Source of the DNA: an uncultured delta proteobacterium
GTDB lineage: Bacteria; Myxococcota_A; Polyangia; Polyangiales; Polyangiaceae
Assembly: GCA_963716725.1 (NCBI GenBank)
Contig: CAVQUB010000030.1
Span: 49,690-113,689 of the forward strand
Reading direction: 5' to 3'
DNA: 64,000 nucleotides
Shown piece by piece: positions 1 through 11,640 of this stretch; the stretch's first letter is position 1; every line of letters starts with the position of its first letter. The notes beneath the pieces were generated by a model. The model was not told the origin of the DNA and made no database searches. It saw only the letters and a program-made list of their open reading frames with translations. A program made the translations under genes and the position numbers.

Positions 1-613
1 GCGCGTCGTCGAGGATCAGGCGTCCGACGGCTTTGTCGACGGCGTTGTGCCGACCCACGTCTTCGCGGACCAGCAGCCACTTGCCTTGCGCGTCGGCGAC
101 GCCCGCGGCGTGCAGCGCGCCGGTTCGAGCAAATACCGGCTGTTCCGCTGCGAGCCGAGTCGTGAGCGCGGCGAGCATTGTCCGCGCGAGTTCCGTACTG
201 TCGTCGATGGGGGTGACGCGGTCCATCAGATCGTCGATGCTACGTCGCCCACACACCCCACAGCTCGCGTTGGTGAGCGTACCGCGCCTCGCGAGCTCGA
301 AACGCTCTCCGTCCAGCCGCGTGCCCGGCGCTGCGGTGACTTCGATGGTGTTGCCGAATCCTTCGTCGCCCGCACGACCGCAATGGGCCAGTCCACCGAG
401 ATCGTGCTTGCTCCGGATCAGGCCCTCGCCCAAGAGCAATCCCGCTGTCAGCTCGGCGTCTTGGCCAGGGGTGCGCATGGTGATGGCGAAGGTCTCACCC
501 GCGATGCGGATCTCGAGAGGCTCTTCCACCACCACGAAGTCGTCGGTGGGCTCGGACGCCCCGTCTGCTCGGTGGCGCACGGCACGGTGCTTCGCCACCG
601 CCTTGTCGGTCAT
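1..613 (-). CDS. fdhD: Formate dehydrogenase accessory sulfurtransferase FdhD (runs off the left edge)
   Basis: Not in the ORF track. My translation from ATG 613: MTDKAVAKH...VVVEEPLEIRIAG...TMRTPGQDAELTAGLLLGEG...SCGVCGR...RTGALHAAG...REDVGRHNAVDK. ATGA overlap with the dapE stop. Confidence 0.92.
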   Translation of the reverse strand, partial: MTDKAVAKHRAVRHRADGASEPTDDFVVVEEPLEIRIAGETFAITMRTPGQDAELTAGLLLGEGLIRSKHDLGGLAHCGRAGDEGFGNTIEVTAAPGTRLDGERFELARRGTLTNASCGVCGRRSIDDLMDRVTPIDDSTELARTMLAALTTRLAAEQPVFARTGALHAAGVADAQGKWLLVREDVGRHNAVDKAVGRLILDDA

Positions 614-1671
614 TGGGCCTCGATACGCTCGAGGAAGCGCGCGAGGATGCGCTGACCTTCGACCAAGCCCGAGATCAGCGTCCACTCGTTCTTCTGGTGG
701 GCCTGAGCCTGGACGCCTGGGCCGAAATTCACCGCGGCCACCCCGAGGGCTGCAAAGCGCGCGACGTCGGTCCATGCCTGCTTTGGCTCCACCGAGTGGA
801 CTCCGCTCGCGGCGAGTGCCTCCGCGAGGGGGTGGTGTCGGTGCGGGTGAGCGGCGGGCGACAAATCGATGAACTCGACATCCGCTTCGCCGGCGACCAG
901 CGCGAGCACCTCCGCTTGGACTTGATCCAGTCCGCGATCGGGTCCGAATCGGCGATTGAGGTTGAGCTCGAAGAGGTCCGGGATCACGTTGCGTCCGCGA
1001 CCGCCGCTGGCCAGCGTTGCGCTGGTGACGTGGACCCACTCGAGCTCGTCCACGCGGACGCGCTCCGGCTCCAGGGCGTTCAGGCGAGAAAGCAACGCCG
1101 CGGCTTTCTGGATCGCGTTCTCGCCCTGCCAAGGTCGCGCCGAGTGGGCCGTGCGACCGCGGAAAGACAGCTTGGCGTGCACGGAGCCGCCGCATCCCAG
1201 CTGCAGCTTGTTGTCGCTGGGCTCGAGGGCGATGGCGAAGTCCACGTGTGCGAGCTCGGGATCTTCTGCGAGCACCAGCCCGAGCTCGTTCTCGGCAAAG
1301 GGACCTTCCTCCCGCGCGTAGAAGACCAGAGTGAGGTCCACGCGGTGCCGTTCGGTGCGCTCGGCCAACTCGAGCATCAGCGCGAGCCCGCTCTTCATGT
1401 CCGCCGCCCCCGGACCGTAGAGGCGATCGCCCTCTATCCCCGGCGGGTGCTCGTGCTCGGTGCGCACGACGTCGAGATGCCCCAGCAGGGCCAGCTTCGG
1501 GCCGCCGCTGCCCCGCGTCAGTGGCACCACAATGGAGTCGCCGAAGCGGCGGATGGGCGCCGCCAGCGGCACTCCGGCGAGGCGAGCCACGACAGCGTCG
1601 CACAGCGCGCGCTCCTCCCCGATGAACGACGGGGTTTCACACAACCAGAGCAGCGTTTGGGCGAGCTGCAT
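610..1671 (-). CDS. dapE: Succinyl-diaminopimelate desuccinylase (M20 family)
   Basis: GHLDVV, GAADMKSG, REEG, GRTAHSARPWQGENAI, WTDVARF, AHQKNE motifs; coupled to dapD by TGATG overlap. Confidence 0.9.
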   Translation of the reverse strand: MQLAQTLLWLCETPSFIGEERALCDAVVARLAGVPLAAPIRRFGDSIVVPLTRGSGGPKLALLGHLDVVRTEHEHPPGIEGDRLYGPGAADMKSGLALMLELAERTERHRVDLTLVFYAREEGPFAENELGLVLAEDPELAHVDFAIALEPSDNKLQLGCGGSVHAKLSFRGRTAHSARPWQGENAIQKAAALLSRLNALEPERVRVDELEWVHVTSATLASGGRGRNVIPDLFELNLNRRFGPDRGLDQVQAEVLALVAGEADVEFIDLSPAAHPHRHHPLAEALAASGVHSVEPKQAWTDVARFAALGVAAVNFGPGVQAQAHQKNEWTLISGLVEGQRILARFLERIEAQ

Positions 1672-2495
1672 CAGACGGCAACGTTGAACTCTCGGAGCGC
1701 CGCGTTCAAGCTAGTCTTCTTGTCGGTGCTGTCTTTGCGCTGACCGATGATCAGGGCGCAGGGCACCATGTACTCTCCGGCGGGGAATTTCTTGGGGCGC
1801 ATCCCCGGGATCACGACGCTTCGGGCCGGGACCCGGCCGCGGTGCTCTACGGGTTCGCTGCCGGTCACATCGACGATGGGGGTCGACGCGGTGAGCGTGA
1901 CTCCGGCGCCAACCACCGCTTCGCTCTCGACCAACACGCCCTCCACGACGATGGCGCGGGAGCCGATGAAACAGCCGTCTTCGACGATCACCGGCTGAGC
2001 CCCCGGCGGCTCGAGTACGCCGCCGATGCCCACACCGCCCGACAGGTGGCAGTTCCTCCCGATTTGGGCGCAGGAGCCGACGGTGGCCCAGGTGTCCACC
2101 ATGCTGCCGGCTCCGACCCGGGCACCAATGTTGACGTAGCCGGGCATCACGATGGCTCCGGCTTCGATGAACGCGCCGTAGCGCACGGTGCCCGGCGGGA
2201 CGACGCGCACGCCCGCGGCGGCGAGGCCCTGCTTGAGCGGGATCTTGTCGAAGAACTCGATGGGCCCGGCTCTGAGGCGGCGCATCTCGGCGACGCTGAA
2301 ATAAAGCAGCACGGCTTGCTTCACCCAGGCGTGGGTCTGCCAGCTCCCCGGCCCGAGGGGGGAGGCCACGCGGATCTTGCCTTCGTCCAAGAGCGCGATG
2401 GCCGCATGGACTGCGGCGCGGTGACGCGGCTCCTCGAGGAGAGCGCGGTTCGCGAAGGCTGCTTCGATCAACGGGCGGACGTCGGAGGCTTCCAC
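1671..2495 (-). CDS. dapD: Tetrahydrodipicolinate N-succinyltransferase
   Basis: WVKQAVLLYF, FFDKIPLK, MVDTWATVGSCAQIG, HLSGGVGIGGVLEP, DKKTSLNAALR. Confidence 0.95.
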   Translation of the reverse strand: MEASDVRPLIEAAFANRALLEEPRHRAAVHAAIALLDEGKIRVASPLGPGSWQTHAWVKQAVLLYFSVAEMRRLRAGPIEFFDKIPLKQGLAAAGVRVVPPGTVRYGAFIEAGAIVMPGYVNIGARVGAGSMVDTWATVGSCAQIGRNCHLSGGVGIGGVLEPPGAQPVIVEDGCFIGSRAIVVEGVLVESEAVVGAGVTLTASTPIVDVTGSEPVEHRGRVPARSVVIPGMRPKKFPAGEYMVPCALIIGQRKDSTDKKTSLNAALREFNVAV

Positions 2496-2541
2496 GACTG
2501 GCGTGGATAGCCCGAATCGACCGGGAGCAGAACGAAATCCG

Positions 2542-3348
2542 TCAGGCGGACATCAGCAACGAGACCCGAGGAATGCTCTCGTCCCACTCGAGGCGCGCTG
2601 AACAGCCATCTGCCGCGGCCCGGGCGCAGGCCAGCGTGGGCTCGACGAGGGGGAGGGTCGGCAATGAAACTATCTCTGCCAGCGAATCGCCGACCTCGAT
2701 CACGAGGCAGCTGTCGGAACCGCGCCGCACGATGGGCGTGCTCTGGGTGTGTCGGTGCACGAGGCTCGCGCCGATCCCCAACACCAGACCACACACGCGT
2801 GGGTTGACCGAGACCTCTCCAGACAGTCCCGGTTCGATGCCCACTTTGATCTGAGCACCGTCGCCGTGAGACATGGCTGCGTTGCGCAGGAAGTCCGACA
2901 GTTCGAGGGCCACATGGCTCCCGGACACGGCGTCGTCCAAGAGATCGACCAACGCTCGACCCACCTCGAGCTCCAGGCACAGGCGGGCGACCGACTGCTC
3001 GAGCGCCAGGCGAGCCTTGGCGTTGACAGGTTTTCCCGATGCGCCCACCAGCGTCCGCTCGAGCTCGCGAGTGCGTGGCGCGATCCAGTCGAGCAGCTCG
3101 TCGACCGCCGCGCGACCTCCCGGCAGCCGCTTGGCCACCGCTTCGAGAACGATGCGGATGTTTGCCTCGATCGCGGCGCCGGAGTCACCGACTTCGGGCA
3201 AGACGCCCTCGATGGAGCGGGGCCCGACGCGAACGCTCTGCAGGCCGCGAAGGAGGTTCTTCACGCTCCCGAGGGCGTCACGCAGATTCCCGCGCGCAGC
3301 CGCGAGCCGTTCCCCTTCGGGTGTCGCGTCGGAGGTTCCGCTCGGCAT
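2542..3348 (-). CDS. Hypothetical protein
   Basis: 268-aa ORF with protein-like composition, filling the gap between ndk and dapD on the same strand. Confidence 0.7.
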   Translation of the reverse strand: MPSGTSDATPEGERLAAARGNLRDALGSVKNLLRGLQSVRVGPRSIEGVLPEVGDSGAAIEANIRIVLEAVAKRLPGGRAAVDELLDWIAPRTRELERTLVGASGKPVNAKARLALEQSVARLCLELEVGRALVDLLDDAVSGSHVALELSDFLRNAAMSHGDGAQIKVGIEPGLSGEVSVNPRVCGLVLGIGASLVHRHTQSTPIVRRGSDSCLVIEVGDSLAEIVSLPTLPLVEPTLACARAAADGCSARLEWDESIPRVSLLMSA

Positions 3349-3366
3349 TGGGCGGAATTGTGGGGC

Positions 3367-3786
3367 TCAGAGCAGGTCGTGACCAGGGAAGAAGTAGGCG
3401 CACTCTTTCACGCCATTTTCCTCGGAGTCCGAGCCGTGACAGGCGTTTTCGCCCACGTTCGTTCCGTAGAGTTTGCGAATCGTGCCCTCGGTAGCCTTGG
3501 CCGGGTCCGTCGCACCGATCACGTCTCGGTAGTGTTGGACGGCGTTGTCGCGCTGGAGGGCGACGAGCACGACCGGCCCGCGGGTCATGAATGTGCACAG
3601 CTCGTCGAAGAACGGCCGTTCGCGGTGGACCGCGTAAAAGCCCTCGGCCTGCACGCGCGTGAGGTGGGTCTGGCGCATGGCCACCACCCCGAAACCCTCG
3701 ACCAGCAGTCGCTGGAGGATGTGTCCTTGGACGCGCTTCTCGACGGCGTCGGGCTTGATGATGCAGAGCGTTCGCTGGGTCGCCAT
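3367..3786 (-). CDS. ndk: Nucleoside diphosphate kinase
   Basis: RTLCIIKPDAV, FYAVHRERPFF, IGATDP, GTIRKLYG, ENACHGSDS; GGAG upstream of the start. Confidence 0.97.
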   Translation of the reverse strand: MATQRTLCIIKPDAVEKRVQGHILQRLLVEGFGVVAMRQTHLTRVQAEGFYAVHRERPFFDELCTFMTRGPVVLVALQRDNAVQHYRDVIGATDPAKATEGTIRKLYGTNVGENACHGSDSEENGVKECAYFFPGHDLL

Positions 3787-3921
3787 GGTAACTCCGATGA
3801 TTTTCGCTAGGTTATCCCGCCCGATGGGCGGGCCTCTTACGGCAGGGCCGGGCCCCGATCAACAGAGAACTGCCTGCTGAGCACCCGGTCAGTGGGGGTT
3901 TGTGCGGCTCTTGCCCAGCGA

Positions 3922-5421
3922 TCAACTGGCCGCGCACTGCTGGAGAAAGTGTGAGCGTTCTCGGGAGGTCGTCCAGCGCGTGAGCGTCCGGACCACCTCG
4001 GCATCGTCTTGGAGCAGCTTCTCGAACAGGTAGTCCTGGATGCCCTTGTGCACCTGGCACCAGTCGCTCTCTCGCATGCGCCCGTGCAGCGAGCCCTGGG
4101 TCTCGTAGTTGTGCACCGGACAGATGCCGCAGTAGGCCGCGTAGGTGCAGCTCACGCAGTCGGGTTGAGCGTCGAGGTTGGATGCGGCCAGCATGGCTCT
4201 CACCGTGTCGTGCGTCATCAGCTCGCGGTACTTGGCCTCGCCTGCCGTGCCGAGCATGAAGAGGTCGTCGCCCATCTCGTGCAACATGCGCCCCTCGTCG
4301 CAGGTGAACAGGCTGCCGTCGTAGTTGTAGGCGAGCTGACCGATGCCCGCCCCGCAGGGTGATCGGATGTCCAAGAAGTTCGGATCGTCGTCGGTGAGGA
4401 TCTTGGTCAGAAAGATCGCCGCGTAGCGCTCGAGGATCTCAGAGCCCGCGGCGTTCTTCTCGAGCATGTAGTCGACGGCCTCCCGATAGAAGTCCAGGTA
4501 GCTCCGGCGCGCGTACTCGATCTTGTGCGAGGTCTCGCTGGCGAAACCGAATGGATCCAGGGGTCGCAAGAACAGCGCTCGACAGCCGAGCTCGAGGTAG
4601 GTGTCCACGATCTGCCGCGGATGGTCCAATGCTGCGCGCGTGACCGTGATCAAGGCCTCGACGTGGTACAGGGTCGGGTCGAGACCGAGGTCCACGTAGC
4701 GCTGATTGATCGCGCGGATCCAGTGCGCTGCCTTGTCGAAGGCGCTGCCGCCGGCCAAGATCCGCTGCTTGTCGTGCAGCGCGGGCGGCCCGTCGATGCT
4801 GGTGCAAATCTGCACCTTGTGCCGGACCAGGTAGTCGAGGCGCTCGTCGTCCATGAGCGAGAGGTTCGACACCATGGTGAACTCGAGCTCCTTGCCGTAG
4901 GCGCGGTTCTTTGCCAGCGCGTACTCGATGGCGTGCTGCACCACAGGGAAATTCGCCAGCGGCTCGCCGCCCTGAAACTCCAGAGTGATACGCGGGGCCG
5001 TGGAGCGCAGAGCGAGATCCACACACTTCTCGGCCGTCTCCCGCGACATGTCGGTATCCACACGGTCCATCGGGGCGCGACTGGCGTGGCAATACACGCA
5101 GGTCGCGTTGCAGCGAAGGGTCACCACGAGCACGTGCAGGTTGGGCCCGTAGCGCAAGAAGGACTTCTTGTGCCGCAGGCGCTGGGCCAGCGCGTTCGAA
5201 TCGAGGGAGTCGACCAAGAAGCCCTTGTCGCGCAGACGGCGCTCCAGCTCGGAGCCGCTCTCGAGCTGGCCCTGCATGAGGCCGGCGAACTCCTGCTCGC
5301 TGACGAAGACCCAGTCGCCGAAGTGGGTGGTGAGCAGCACCGCGGCACCAACTTTCCGATGCCGCACCGGCACCAGGTTGTCCGGTCGCTTCGGGCGTGT
5401 CCCCAACTTCGCGAGCTGCAT
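3922..5421 (-). CDS. hxsB: His-Xaa-Ser system radical SAM/SPASM maturase, HxsB family
   Basis: GPNLHVLVVTLRCNATCVYCHASR (CxxxCxxC), LEFQGGEPL, RSPCGAGIGQLAYNYDG, FTCDEGRML, C-terminal CxxCx5Cx2C. ATG 5421 preferred over GTG 5427 because TACGCT lies 7 nt upstream. Confidence 0.85.
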   Translation of the reverse strand: MQLAKLGTRPKRPDNLVPVRHRKVGAAVLLTTHFGDWVFVSEQEFAGLMQGQLESGSELERRLRDKGFLVDSLDSNALAQRLRHKKSFLRYGPNLHVLVVTLRCNATCVYCHASRAPMDRVDTDMSRETAEKCVDLALRSTAPRITLEFQGGEPLANFPVVQHAIEYALAKNRAYGKELEFTMVSNLSLMDDERLDYLVRHKVQICTSIDGPPALHDKQRILAGGSAFDKAAHWIRAINQRYVDLGLDPTLYHVEALITVTRAALDHPRQIVDTYLELGCRALFLRPLDPFGFASETSHKIEYARRSYLDFYREAVDYMLEKNAAGSEILERYAAIFLTKILTDDDPNFLDIRSPCGAGIGQLAYNYDGSLFTCDEGRMLHEMGDDLFMLGTAGEAKYRELMTHDTVRAMLAASNLDAQPDCVSCTYAAYCGICPVHNYETQGSLHGRMRESDWCQVHKGIQDYLFEKLLQDDAEVVRTLTRWTTSRERSHFLQQCAAS

Positions 5422-5452
5422 GGGCACAAGCGTAGCGTGCTAGTGTTCGAAT
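5422..5452. promoter_or_regulatory. Putative bidirectional promoter with back-to-back -10 boxes
   Basis: TACGCT on minus (5429-5434) 7 nt before ATG 5421; TAGTGT on plus (5441-5446) 6 nt before GTG 5453; no Shine-Dalgarno on either side. Confidence 0.55.
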
Positions 5453-6346
5453 GTGAAAGCCGCGCGACGATTGGATCTCAAGCTCGGCTTCGCCTGCAAC
5501 AACCGTTGTCTATTCTGCGCCCAGGGCGAGAAGCGAACGGAGTGCGCCGCGCGTCCCCCCGAGCAGCTCTTGTCCGAGCTCCGCGCGGCTCGACCTGAGG
5601 CCACCGGGCTGGTGCTCACCGGCGGAGAACCCACGCTCTACAAGAAGCTGGTGCCGCTGGTGCGCGCGGCGAGCCAGCTCGGATTCTCGAGTATCCAACT
5701 GCAGACCAACGGGCGCATGCTGGCGTACCCCGACGTGCTCGCGAGGCTGGTCGAGGCTGGCGTGACCGAGATTTCTCCGTCACTCCACGGACCCACCGCA
5801 GAGGTGCACGACGCGCTGACCCGAGCTCCGGGCAGCTTCGACGAGACCACCCGCGGCATCGAGAACGCGGTCACGGCCGGGCTTTCCGTCCTCACCAACA
5901 GCGTGATCACTCGAAGCAACGTCGAACTGCTGGGGGAGACCGTCGAGCTGCTGGCGGGCCTCGGCGTACGCTCGGCGCAGCTCGCCTTCGTGCACCCGGT
6001 GGGGACGGCGCTCGAGGAGTTCGACGAGGTCGTGCCGCGCCTCTCGGCGGTGGTGGAGCCGCTTCGGCGTGCGCGCGGCGTTGCTCTCGAGCACGGTGTC
6101 CGACTGTGCACCGAAGCGATCCCGGTTTGCTTCCTGCGGGGCATGGAGGAGCTCGCAGTGGAGGCGTGCATTCCCCTCACCACCGTCAGCGACCTCGCGG
6201 GTCGGCTCGACTATTCGGCGTGGCGAGTTGCCGAAGGCAAAGCGCACGGCCCGCCCTGCGAAGCCTGCGCGGCGCGTCCAGGCTGCGAGGGGCCTTGGCG
6301 CGAGTATCCGGAGCGACGTGGGTGGAGCGAGATGCAGCCGCTGTGA
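5453..6346 (+). CDS. Radical SAM protein, HxsC-like, with C-terminal Cys cluster
   Basis: LKLGFACNNRCLFCAQG, LTGGEPT, LQTNGRML, SLHGPTAEVHDALT, C-terminal GPPCEACAARPGCEGPWREY. Confidence 0.8.
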   Translation: MKAARRLDLKLGFACNNRCLFCAQGEKRTECAARPPEQLLSELRAARPEATGLVLTGGEPTLYKKLVPLVRAASQLGFSSIQLQTNGRMLAYPDVLARLVEAGVTEISPSLHGPTAEVHDALTRAPGSFDETTRGIENAVTAGLSVLTNSVITRSNVELLGETVELLAGLGVRSAQLAFVHPVGTALEEFDEVVPRLSAVVEPLRRARGVALEHGVRLCTEAIPVCFLRGMEELAVEACIPLTTVSDLAGRLDYSAWRVAEGKAHGPPCEACAARPGCEGPWREYPERRGWSEMQPL

Positions 6347-6359
6347 CCGGGCCGAGCGA

Positions 6360-7253
6360 TCAGAGCATGCTCTTCAGCGTTGTGCCCATGTCGCTCGGCG
6401 TTGGGGCGACCTTCACGCCCGCCGCAATGAGCGCGGCGATCTTGTCTGCCGCGGTGCCCTTGCCGCCGCTGATGATGGCGCCGGCGTGACCCATGCGCTT
6501 GCCCTCGGGTGCGGTGGTGCCCGCAATGAAGCCCGCCACGGGCTTCTTGAAGTGGGCCTTGATGTACTCGGCCGCGTGCTCTTCGGCGGTTCCACCGATC
6601 TCGCCGATCATGATCACACCCTCGGTGTTCGGATCTTCGTTGAACAGCTTGAGAACATCCACGAAGTCGGTGCCGTTCACCGGATCGCCACCGATGCCGA
6701 CGCAGGTGCTCTGGCCGATGCCCAGCGCCGTGAGCTGACCGACGGCCTCGTAGGTGAGGGTGCCCGAACGGCTGACCACGCCGATCTTGCCGGGCTTGTG
6801 GATGTGTCCCGGCATGATGCCGATCTTGCATTCGCCCGGCGTGATCACTCCGGGGCAGTTCGGGCCGACCAGGCGCACGTTTCGGCCTTCGAGCACGCGA
6901 CGTGCGCGGATCATGTCCATCACCGGGATGCCTTCGGTGATGGCGATGACGAGGCGGCAGCCGGCGTCGGCGGCTTCGAGGATCGAGTCCGCGGCTCCGA
7001 GGGCTGGAACGAAGATGCACGACGAGTCGGCGCCGGTCTGCTTCACGGCGTCGGCCATGGTGTCGAAGACCGGGATCTTCACCTTCTTGCCGTCGGGGCC
7101 CTCGGCCTCGAAGGTCTCTCCGCCTCGGCCCGGCGTGCAGCCGGCGACGACCTGGGTGCCGTAGGCGATGCACTGCTTGGCGTGGAAGGAACCGGCCGAG
7201 CCGGTGATGCCCTGGATGACGAGGCGAGTCTGCTTGTTGACGAGGATTGCCAT
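6360..7253 (-). CDS. sucD: Succinyl-CoA ligase alpha subunit
   Basis: [47 protein letters not shown]; start at ATG 7253 inside the longer track ORF. Confidence 0.97.
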   Translation of the reverse strand: MAILVNKQTRLVIQGITGSAGSFHAKQCIAYGTQVVAGCTPGRGGETFEAEGPDGKKVKIPVFDTMADAVKQTGADSSCIFVPALGAADSILEAADAGCRLVIAITEGIPVMDMIRARRVLEGRNVRLVGPNCPGVITPGECKIGIMPGHIHKPGKIGVVSRSGTLTYEAVGQLTALGIGQSTCVGIGGDPVNGTDFVDVLKLFNEDPNTEGVIMIGEIGGTAEEHAAEYIKAHFKKPVAGFIAGTTAPEGKRMGHAGAIISGGKGTAADKIAALIAAGVKVAPTPSDMGTTLKSML

Positions 7254-7270
7254 GGTTCGTGTGCTTTCGC

Positions 7271-8470
<1,200 letters not shown>

Positions 8471-8594
8471 GACAGGTCGAGCGCGTAGATCGGCGCTCGG
8501 CCGGGGGCAAGCGTTGGCTGGAGACGTTCGCGGGCGAGGTGGAACGCTGCCGCCGGAGCCTGCCTGTCGAGCGCTCCGACGCCAGTGGCAGCCT

Positions 8595-10124
8595 TCAGCG
8601 GCAATCTGCGAGGCACGAGACGCTTTTGCTCTTGCAGTCGCCGTTGCAGTAGAGGTTGCACTCGAGCAGGGTGTCGCAGAACTGCACTTTGCCTTCAGCG
8701 AAGGTGTCGTCGCAGACCGCGCCGATCTGCTGATGGGTGGTGCAGCCCGGGATCAGTTTTCCCCGCACCGCGGAGAGGTCGCTCAGGATCTTCGGGTCCA
8801 GGGTTCCCTCGCACTTCTTGCCCTTCCACGACGTGCTCAACTTCTTCCCGAGACAGGCCGCGATGTGACACTCGGTCGGCGAGGTGCCGAAACAGGCGTA
8901 CTCGCAGGCCTCGGTCGGATCCGACAGGCGGCGGGCGTCGTCATTGTCCTTCAAGGCCGCCTCCGTATTGGCGTCGTGGGTTCCGTCGAAGTGCAGGAGT
9001 TCGTGAAACGCGGTCCCCAAGGATTCCGCGTGTGTGGGCGATTCTTTGAACATCTTCGTGTGGAACGCCAGACGGAACTTCTTGTTGTTGTACAGGTTGG
9101 CAAAGCCGCGGTCGTTGAAGGCAATGAAGCCCTGGTCGACATCGGTGCACTCGATCTTCTGCAACTTGTGCGTGAAGATGTTGAGCACTTCGTGCCCCTG
9201 AGCGTTCCGTCCCATCGCAGACAGACACTCGGCGCCCTTGGAAGCGGCGGTTCCGAGCGTCTCCATGAGGCTCTCGCGCTCTGCATCTGAGCAGTCGCGC
9301 GTCTGGGAGTCCTTGGCCGGCTGCTTGCTGTTGAGGTCCTTGACCGGGGGCTTGTCTTTGGGGAATTCGCAGACCGCCTGGCTCACGGGGGCCCAGGTCG
9401 TCGTGACCTCCGGCGCGCCGCCGGTATCGAAGCGCTCGACCTTGATGTCGTAGAACCACTGGTCCGCCGTGAGCGTCACCGTTCGCCGCCACTGCACCCC
9501 ACCCGCAGTCGCGTGCACCTCGGCCACCGACTGTTTCTCGTACGCTGAAGTAGTGCGGTACTCGAAGAACTGGTCGGCATTCATGTCCGCGTAGAAGCTC
9601 TCGCCGGTGGCCGAGGGGACCCAAGCCGAGAGCGCACCGGTGTAGGGCGACAGCTGGGTCGGATCGGTGGTCGTCACGACCGCGTAGGGCGGCGAGACGA
9701 TCCAGACGCTCTTCACGCTCGTTACGTCGCGGTCCACGAACATGCGCGTGCAGCCTGAGGTGGACAGCGGCAGATCCGTTGCACCTTGAGCAAACTTGTC
9801 CCGAGCAGCTCCGAGCAGCTTCGAGTCTACGGGATCGCCGACGTAGTTCACATCCGACGTGATGCAGATCAACGCCAACTCATCGAGCTTCTCCTTGATG
9901 TCCGCTGGCGGCGCCGGGCCTCCGATCGGACCGCCGGCGCTGCCGCCGGTCCCTCCGGCACCGTAGCCGGCCTCGCCACCCACGCCGTAGCCCGCCTCGC
10001 CCCCGAGCCCCGAGTCCGGACCGAGTCCGGAGCCGCCGGAGTTGGAGCTGCCGCAACCTCCCGCCAAGAGCACCGCCGAAGCGCCGCTGGTCACGACCAC
10101 GCCCAAGAAAGCAGAGACCTTCAT
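8595..10124 (-). CDS. Lipoprotein with HExxH metallopeptidase-like motif and Cys-rich C-terminus
   Basis: Signal peptide ending LAGGC, Gly-rich linker, [14 protein letters not shown], Cys-rich tail. Confidence 0.7.
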   Translation of the reverse strand: MKVSAFLGVVVTSGASAVLLAGGCGSSNSGGSGLGPDSGLGGEAGYGVGGEAGYGAGGTGGSAGGPIGGPAPPADIKEKLDELALICITSDVNYVGDPVDSKLLGAARDKFAQGATDLPLSTSGCTRMFVDRDVTSVKSVWIVSPPYAVVTTTDPTQLSPYTGALSAWVPSATGESFYADMNADQFFEYRTTSAYEKQSVAEVHATAGGVQWRRTVTLTADQWFYDIKVERFDTGGAPEVTTTWAPVSQAVCEFPKDKPPVKDLNSKQPAKDSQTRDCSDAERESLMETLGTAASKGAECLSAMGRNAQGHEVLNIFTHKLQKIECTDVDQGFIAFNDRGFANLYNNKKFRLAFHTKMFKESPTHAESLGTAFHELLHFDGTHDANTEAALKDNDDARRLSDPTEACEYACFGTSPTECHIAACLGKKLSTSWKGKKCEGTLDPKILSDLSAVRGKLIPGCTTHQQIGAVCDDTFAEGKVQFCDTLLECNLYCNGDCKSKSVSCLADCR

Positions 10125-10212
10125 CGCGAGAGGCTAACGCGAGATGGATCCGGCGCGTAGGTCATTTTCGAAGTCGTTCGAGCATGTTCGGCCGACCGTC
10201 CGGCGCCTCATC

Positions 10213-11640
10213 TCAAACGAACGCGCGTGCCACGTTGAACCGCGTCTCTCGCGCCGAGAGCACACGGCGGATCGCGGCCAGCGGGCGACCCTCCGGGCGG
10301 GCGCCGAGATCGAGTTCGGTGGCGGACGAGAGCGGCTGACCGCGCGCATCGGTCACCACCCGCAAGACCGGCTGCGTGGCGGATCGCGGTGACGAGCCGA
10401 TCACCACGGCCCACTCGCCGGAGTCGAGTTCGACCACGCTGCCGGCGGGGATCAGTCCCAGCGTGCGCACCAGGAGCTGGAGCAGGAAGCGATCGGTGGT
10501 GCGGTCCGCGGCCATCGCATCCAGCGCTTCTGCTGGAGAGAGCGCGTCGCGTGCGTCGTGCGGTGCGAGATGGTCGACGAGCTTGCGCACGAACACGAGG
10601 ATCTCGGCTTGAGGTAGGGGCTCTTCGCGGAGCTTCGCGCCGGGGTGGGACACGCGGCTCTCGAGCCAGGTCGTCTCGTAGGCGGTCACGGCTCGCTCCG
10701 CGCTGTGGGGGTTGATGCCGCCTGTCGCGACGCAAACCAACGCGGTGACGGCAGGCACCAATGCTTCGTCGCTGTCCGACAGGCCGCCAAGCGGGCTCGG
10801 TGAACGCGCTTCGAGTCGTCGCCGCCCGCTGTCGGCCAAGAGCGCGGTGGTCGCGAGGCGCACCAGGTGCTGGCGCTCGGTCGTGATCTCGCGCGCCAAG
10901 AGCGCGGCGAGGATCGCGGTCTGTACCGAACGGGCGGCGGTGTCACGGTGCGCGGACGCGAGAGCGGAGATTCCCAGCAAAGCCGGGTTCTTCTCTTCGA
11001 CCAGCATGACCATGCGTTGAGCGAGGCGCTTGACTCGATGCGGGACGAGACGGCGCCCCGCCGAGACGTCGTCGTAGAAGCGGCGCATGGCCACCAGCGC
11101 GGTGGCGTAGAAGCGCACCACGCGCTCGGAGGGCAAGTTGGTGTCGTCTTGCCGGCGCTGCAGCAGCGCGGGCTCCACGGCTCTGAGCGAAACGCCCGGG
11201 ATCTTGGCGTTCACCAGGGCTTGCCGGCGTTCGGGATCGCGCAAGGCCACGGCCAGCGCTTCACCAAAGGCGTACAGTCCCTCGCTCGTGAGGTGGGGCT
11301 CGAAGCTCAGCTCCGAGACGCCCGCTCGTGCCAAGATCTTCCCGAGCTCGGTCGCGGACTCGTACACGCCTCGCGACGCTCGGAGCAGCTGACCGCACAC
11401 GAAGATGGTGTCGTCGGCGAAGGTGACGGTCGCCGCGCTGCCCACTTCGCGGGCGAACGCCGTGAGGGTCTCCAGCGCTCTGGCCATGGACTCCGTCACG
11501 GCGTCGTTGTCCATCTGGTGCACCAAGGCGTTCTTGGCGAGCCGGAAGACGGCCAAGGTGACGTCCGCGCCGCGATCTTGGATCTGCTCCGCCAAGGCGT
11601 TGGGGGCCAGGCTCGGCAAGAGCGGAGCGGCCGCGCTCAA
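10213..11640 (-). CDS. HD-GYP-like domain protein with degenerate HD motif
   Basis: VKRLAQRMV, HRDTAARSVQTAIL, ALLADSG (compare ALLHDIG), LLVRTLGLIPAGSVVELDSGEWAVV. TTG 11640 overlaps the kinase stop (TTGA) with GGAGG upstream. Confidence 0.7.
   Translation of the reverse strand: MSAAAPLLPSLAPNALAEQIQDRGADVTLAVFRLAKNALVHQMDNDAVTESMARALETLTAFAREVGSAATVTFADDTIFVCGQLLRASRGVYESATELGKILARAGVSELSFEPHLTSEGLYAFGEALAVALRDPERRQALVNAKIPGVSLRAVEPALLQRRQDDTNLPSERVVRFYATALVAMRRFYDDVSAGRRLVPHRVKRLAQRMVMLVEEKNPALLGISALASAHRDTAARSVQTAILAALLAREITTERQHLVRLATTALLADSGRRRLEARSPSPLGGLSDSDEALVPAVTALVCVATGGINPHSAERAVTAYETTWLESRVSHPGAKLREEPLPQAEILVFVRKLVDHLAPHDARDALSPAEALDAMAADRTTDRFLLQLLVRTLGLIPAGSVVELDSGEWAVVIGSSPRSATQPVLRVVTDARGQPLSSATELDLGARPEGRPLAAIRRVLSARETRFNVARAFV

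Noticed and set aside
33..872. Long plus-strand ORFs over fdhD/dapE and the many similar overlapping ORFs across the track
   Set aside because: Antisense or off-frame shadows of recognisable genes, expected in high-GC DNA.
3816..3832. Hairpin CCCGCCC-GAT-GGGCGGG between hxsB and ndk
   Set aside because: No U-tract and only a 7-bp G/C stem, likely by chance.
3787..3921. Possible HxsA precursor downstream of hxsB
   Set aside because: No ORF with His-Xaa-Ser repeats seen.
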